Assembly (NCBI GenBank): GCA_001871445.1
Contig: MNVD01000022.1
Span: 1-46,383 of the forward strand
Length of the DNA stretch: 46,383 bases
DNA from: Candidatus Magasanikbacteria bacterium CG1_02_41_34
GTDB taxonomy: Bacteria > Patescibacteriota > Patescibacteriia > Magasanikbacterales > UBA922
Direction of reading: 5' to 3'
Part shown: positions 44,925 through 46,383 of the stretch, in pieces
How positions within the stretch are numbered: the stretch's first letter is position 1
How the letters are laid out: each line of letters begins with the position of its first letter
Translations under genes and position numbers: made by a program
The notes under the pieces: model-generated
What the model was told of the DNA's origin: nothing
Seen by the model: only the letters and a program-made list of their open reading frames with translations
The model's database searches: none

Positions 44925-45650
44925 TTATATTAATTTTGGTAGAATAGTATCCCAAATGCTTGTGTGAATTTTCTCCGGTGGAAGAATATCATCTCCTTCA
45001 ACACATTCCAGTAAGGTAAATTCTGGGAATTTTTTTGCGATATCGAGATAGGCACGTTCTGCATTTCTCAGATGATTGAGATCGTTTTCGTGAATATCTC
45101 GTGTTTTTCCTTCTGTCAGATATGCCCGTTCATCTTTTTTGTCTACTAGACGTTGTGAAATTTCTGGGGTGACATGAAGAATAATGTTTATATCCGGTCG
45201 TGGAATATCAAAAATAGTATACTCCAAATGGTAATTCCAATCAAAATATTTCTGTCGCTGAACAGGATCTGCGATCTTTCCACCTTGGTGTCCCATGTTT
45301 GATGCGACATATCTATTTGCTATCACAATCTTTCCAGCATTGAGCCAAGATTCGATTTTTTCCTTTGCGGCATACCGGTCTACAGCGTAGAGCACTGATG
45401 CGCGATAGGGGCCAACTTCGTCTGCCGTGCCAAATTTTCCATTGAGATAATCTTCGACCAGTGCAGCACTTTTTTCACCATACTGTGGAAAGCTAATTTG
45501 TTCGACATCGTGTCCTTCTTCTTTGAGTTTTTTTACCAGCAGTTCTGTCTGTGTTGTTTTGCCAGATCCATCGGTGCCTTCGAGCATGATGAATAAACCC
45601 GTAGAGTTCGGGGTTCGGGGTTCTTGGGGGGAAGTAGGATTTGGGGACAT
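44925..45650 (-). CDS. tmk: Thymidylate kinase
   Basis: FIMLEGTDGSGKTTQ, FPQY, NRYVASN.GHQG and PRPD. Confidence 0.93.
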   Translation of the reverse strand: MSPNPTSPQEPRTPNSTGLFIMLEGTDGSGKTTQTELLVKKLKEEGHDVEQISFPQYGEKSAALVEDYLNGKFGTADEVGPYRASVLYAVDRYAAKEKIESWLNAGKIVIANRYVASNMGHQGGKIADPVQRQKYFDWNYHLEYTIFDIPRPDINIILHVTPEISQRLVDKKDERAYLTEGKTRDIHENDLNHLRNAERAYLDIAKKFPEFTLLECVEGDDILPPEKIHTSIWDTILPKLI

Positions 45651-45678
45651 AGGTAAAAAAAGGAAAAAGTGAGAATGC

Positions 45679-45775
45679 TTCCTCCCCTATGAGGGGAGGT
45701 TAGGAGGGGTCTTTAGTAATATGAACATTCGTACTGTCTGCAGACCCCCTCCAGCTCCCCCTGATAGGGGGAGAG
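45679..45775. repeat. Inverted pair of REP-like palindromic units
   Basis: CCTCCCCT-ATG-AGGGGAGG-TTAGGAGGGGTCT and AGACCCCCTCCAG-CTCCCCCT-GAT-AGGGGGAG, separated by about 29 nt. Confidence 0.75.
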
Positions 45776-45780
45776 ATGTG

Positions 45781-46260
45781 CTAATCTTTTCTTTCATACC
45801 TGACAAACGAAAATCCATCATGATCTTCTCGCCAGACTTCTTTCCAAATGTGTAGATCAATCACAGGAAAAAAGGCATCACACGCTTTCACCTCACCGTC
45901 AACATGGGTGATCTCGAGTGCATCGGCATACGCAATCATTTCTTTGAACACTCCTTCTCCACCAAAGCTGACAATCTCTTTGCCTTTATGTGCATCGACT
46001 GCTTCTTGAATAGAAGAAAAGCGTTCCACGCCAGCAGGGAATTCATATGATTCATTTCGTGTAATAACAACATTCGTGCGATCTGGAAGCGGACGGCGAT
46101 GTGGTGGAATAGACTCCCACGTATTGCGTCCCATGATCAGTACTTTTTTTCGTGTTATTTCCCGCATACGTTTCATATCTTCTGGAATATGCCAAGGCAG
46201 ATCGCCTTTTACGCCGATGCAATTATTTTTTGAAATGGCTGCTACTAATGTTATGGACAT
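45781..46260 (-). CDS. folA: Dihydrofolate reductase
   Basis: IG..GDLPWHIPED, IMGRNTWESI, PLPDR.NVVITR and CDAFFP. Confidence 0.95.
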   Translation of the reverse strand: MSITLVAAISKNNCIGVKGDLPWHIPEDMKRMREITRKKVLIMGRNTWESIPPHRRPLPDRTNVVITRNESYEFPAGVERFSSIQEAVDAHKGKEIVSFGGEGVFKEMIAYADALEITHVDGEVKACDAFFPVIDLHIWKEVWREDHDGFSFVRYERKD

Positions 46261-46263
46261 ACA

Positions 46264-46383
46264 TCAAACAGCAATTGGAAATGAAATCTTCTCATAACTT
46301 TCATATCCTTTCTTTTTTGTGTCATTCGCGTTCCAGTCAAAGATTGATGTAAAATTTCCTGTTTCTATTGTACAGAGTTTGTG
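46264..46383 (-). CDS. thyA: Thymidylate synthase, C-terminal end (cut by window edge)
   Basis: Manual translation ...FTSIFDWNANDTKKKGYESYEKISFPIAV* matches the ThyA C-terminus (SIFD...GY...I..PIAV); lies directly upstream of folA. Confidence 0.75.
   Translation of the reverse strand, partial: HKLCTIETGNFTSIFDWNANDTKKKGYESYEKISFPIAV

Noticed and set aside
1-46383. tRNA or rRNA genes; numerous short antisense ORFs in the track
   Set aside because: No cloverleaf or rRNA motif was recognised by eye (tRNAscan not run). Short ORFs overlap well-supported genes and lack motifs.

Overview
AT-rich chromosomal window using the standard genetic code. It is most likely from a Patescibacteria/CPR (Parcubacteria-like) genome, inferred from the VirB2-like pilin array, the baseplate-J-like gene next to PilB, and TGnTATACT promoters with few Shine-Dalgarno motifs. 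Left to right: the 3' end of an IS200/IS605 tnpA with its right-end hairpin; ahcY, a Ca/Na antiporter, a frameshifted HD hydrolase, a PfkB kinase and an ABC exporter; three type IV prepilin-like genes and galU; 11 VirB2/TrbC-like pilin-domain genes interrupted by a four-helix-bundle gene and an orphan solute-binding lipoprotein; a GT2, ftsH, a PilB/GspE ATPase and a baseplate-J-like gene; T-box-controlled thrS and miaA; a pyrB-pyrI-pyrC-argF-pyrD-pyrE-pyrF operon with a leader and terminator; gatB, tmk, folA and the 3' end of thyA. The most striking unexplained structure is a set of 7-nt (and 8-nt) periodic repeat arrays. They typically start at an upstream stop codon and return in inverted orientation a few bases before the next ATG, forming long hairpins. 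They are densest around the four-helix-bundle gene, where a truncated, diverged copy of that gene is also embedded. Two GC-rich ORFan cassettes share a parallel SD-ORF-double-hairpin layout. All calls are by eye from motifs; no database searches were run.
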